A DNA stretch of 64,000 bases from Macrostomum lignano (taxonomy: Eukaryota). Positions within the stretch are counted from its first letter, which is position 1. Each line of letters starts with the position of its first letter. Both the position numbers and the translations under genes were made by a program. Positions 62,335 to 64,000 of the stretch are shown here, piece by piece. Where the stretch lies: contig NIVC01000679.1 of NCBI GenBank assembly GCA_002269645.1, forward strand, positions 1 to 64,000, read 5' to 3'. The notes below the pieces were generated by a model, which was not told the origin of the DNA, made no database searches, and worked only from the letters and a program-made list of their open reading frames with translations.

Positions 62335-62483
62335 GCGCCCTTAGCAACGCAGTCTGTCTCTCTCCCCTCGTACATTCTTCTGAGTGTACCTCGCGTCTCT
62401 CACTCCATTACTCCGTTTTTTCTCTCTCTTTCTCTCTCTAGCCTTCGCTCCGCCAGTCTCTCCCCAACTGCAACCATGACAAC
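62335..62483. promoter_or_regulatory. Candidate X-box-like sites in the bidirectional ENO4/TCTEX1D2 promoter
   Basis: gcgcccttagcaac (62335-62348) and gcaaccatgacaac (62470-62483, 10/14 match to GTTGCCATGGCAAC). Both are imperfect. Confidence 0.45.
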
Positions 62484-62679
62484 TAAAAGCCAAGTGTACG
62501 CGGTGTCAGTACAGCCCCTGCCCAAAAGCTTGAATGCGCAGCGGAGCAGGAGTAGAAAAGCAAGCTAGAGACAGGCGATAATATAATGAGCGCGTAGCTG
62601 CTAAAAGTTTCGCATTCCACAGAAGCGAAGCTCTTGCCACATCACAGACTCAACACGCAGCTAAAGAGACTTCGGCAAG

Positions 62680-62712
62680 ATGCAGGACGAGCCAGTGGCC
62701 ACAGAGCAGCCT

Positions 62713-62744
<32 letters not shown>

Positions 62745-63117
62745 GAAGGAAGGCGAGGAGGTTGCAAACACCTACGTGATTCGGCCCAACTTCGAGAGCA
62801 AATTCCGTCCGCTGTTGGCCAAGCCAGTCATTCACGAAGTGCTCGTGGAGCGGCTAACGGACAAGGCCTACGATAAGGAGGCCACGAGTGGACTGTGCAA
62901 GGAGCTCACAGACGAAATCAAGGCCCGGCTGAGGGCCAACGGATTCGAGCGGTACAAATTCGTTGTCCAAGTGGCCATTGGCGAGCAGAGGGGCCAGGGA
63001 GTCAAGATGGCCTGCCGGTGTCTGTGGGACAGCGACAGCGACAACTATGTTCAGGACATCTTCATGAACGACAGCCTGTTCTGCGTGGCGGTGGCATTCG
63101 GGGTATTTCACTACTGA
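62680..63117 (+). CDS. TCTEX1D2: Tctex1-domain dynein light chain, TCTEX1D2/DYNLT2B-like (IFT dynein-2), 145 aa, single exon
   Basis: NTYVIRPNF...GFERYKFVVQVAIGEQRGQGVKMACRCLWDSDSDNY...MNDSLFCVAVAFGVFHY. Confidence 0.93.
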
Positions 63118-63458
63118 GAGCTGACAACTCGTGACAATGCCTCTGCGAGTTTATTCATGTGCTTGTACAAACACCAGACACATTGTATGGCTAGTATAAT
63201 ATAAACATTTGTGATTTACCTATATGATGCCAAAGTTCGAACATCAGAGTTTGTTTATACATTCCTTCCTTGATGCATTAGTACAGACTAAGGTAAACTA
63301 ATTGACATATAATGCGCGCAGCATTTCGAAACATTCCAACCATAAGGTTAAGAACGACGAAACCCAAACCCAAACTCTAAATACGTGCGTAGTTCACATT
63401 ACTAGACACTCGTTCTGATGGTGCCTTTTCTTTGTCCATTGTCAATCCGTTTGTTTGA

Positions 63459-64000
63459 CAGGGGACTGTGGGAGAGTAGGAACAGGGGAGTGTGGGAGAG
63501 TGGGGACAGGGGAGTGTGGGAGAGTGGGGACAGGGGAGTGTGGGAGAGTGGGGACAGGGGAGTGTGGGAGAGTAGGAACAGGGGAGTGTGGGAGAGTAGG
63601 AACAGGGGACTGTGGGAGAGTAGGAACAGGGGAGTGTGGGAGAGTGGGGACAGGGGAGTGTGGGAGAGTGGGGACAGGGGAGTGTGGGAGAGTGGGGACA
63701 GGGGAGTGTGGGAGAGTGGGGACAGGGAGTGTGGGAGTGGGGACAGGGGAGTGTGGGAGAGTGGGGACAGGGGAGTGTGGGAGAGTGGGGACAGGGGAGT
63801 GTGCGAGAGTGGGGACAGGGGAGTGTGGGAGAGTGGGGACAGGGAGTGTGGGAGTGGGGACAGGGGAGTGTGGGAGAGTGGGGACAGGGGAGTGTGGGAG
63901 AGTGGGGACAGGGAGTGTGGGAGAGTGGGGACAGGGGAGTGTGGGAGAGTGGGGACAGGGAGTGTGGGAGAGTGGGGACAGGGGAGTGTGGGAGAGTGGG
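63459..64000. repeat. G-rich minisatellite, 24-bp unit ggggacaggggagtgtgggagagt (runs off the window end)
   Basis: Direct inspection. Confidence 0.97.

Noticed and set aside
17060-64000. CRISPR-like appearance of the many 20-32-bp direct repeats
   Set aside because: Units are contiguous with no unique spacers, there are no cas genes, and the context is intron-containing eukaryotic DNA.

Overview
Eukaryotic (metazoan) genomic DNA with spliceosomal GT-AG introns. GC-rich exons in AT-rich, minisatellite-dense flanks suggest a free-living flatworm such as Macrostomum (inference only). Genes: the 3' part of a TRPM-type channel; an intronless Cys-loop ligand-gated channel carrying three 1-nt deletions; alpha-tubulin; a complete 10-exon SLC26/prestin-like transporter; a 4-exon bombesin/CCHamide-receptor-like GPCR; a highly divergent BiP-like HSP70 ending in KQEL; a DOMON-cytochrome b561 (FRRS1-like) gene; and a head-to-head pair of ciliary genes (ENO4-like and TCTEX1D2-like). 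Mobile DNA: a decayed Gypsy pol interrupted by a 1.58-kb foldback/MULE-like element with a 9-bp TSD, a hAT-type MITE with an 8-bp TSD, a TA-flanked MITE, two tRNA-headed SINE-like families, RTE-type LINE fragments and a Tc1 fragment. About 20 different tandem-repeat arrays (units 10-52 bp) cover roughly a quarter of the window by manual estimate and explain most of the long repetitive ORFs in the track. No CRISPR, rRNA or intact tRNA genes were seen. All splice models were read by eye and need transcript confirmation.
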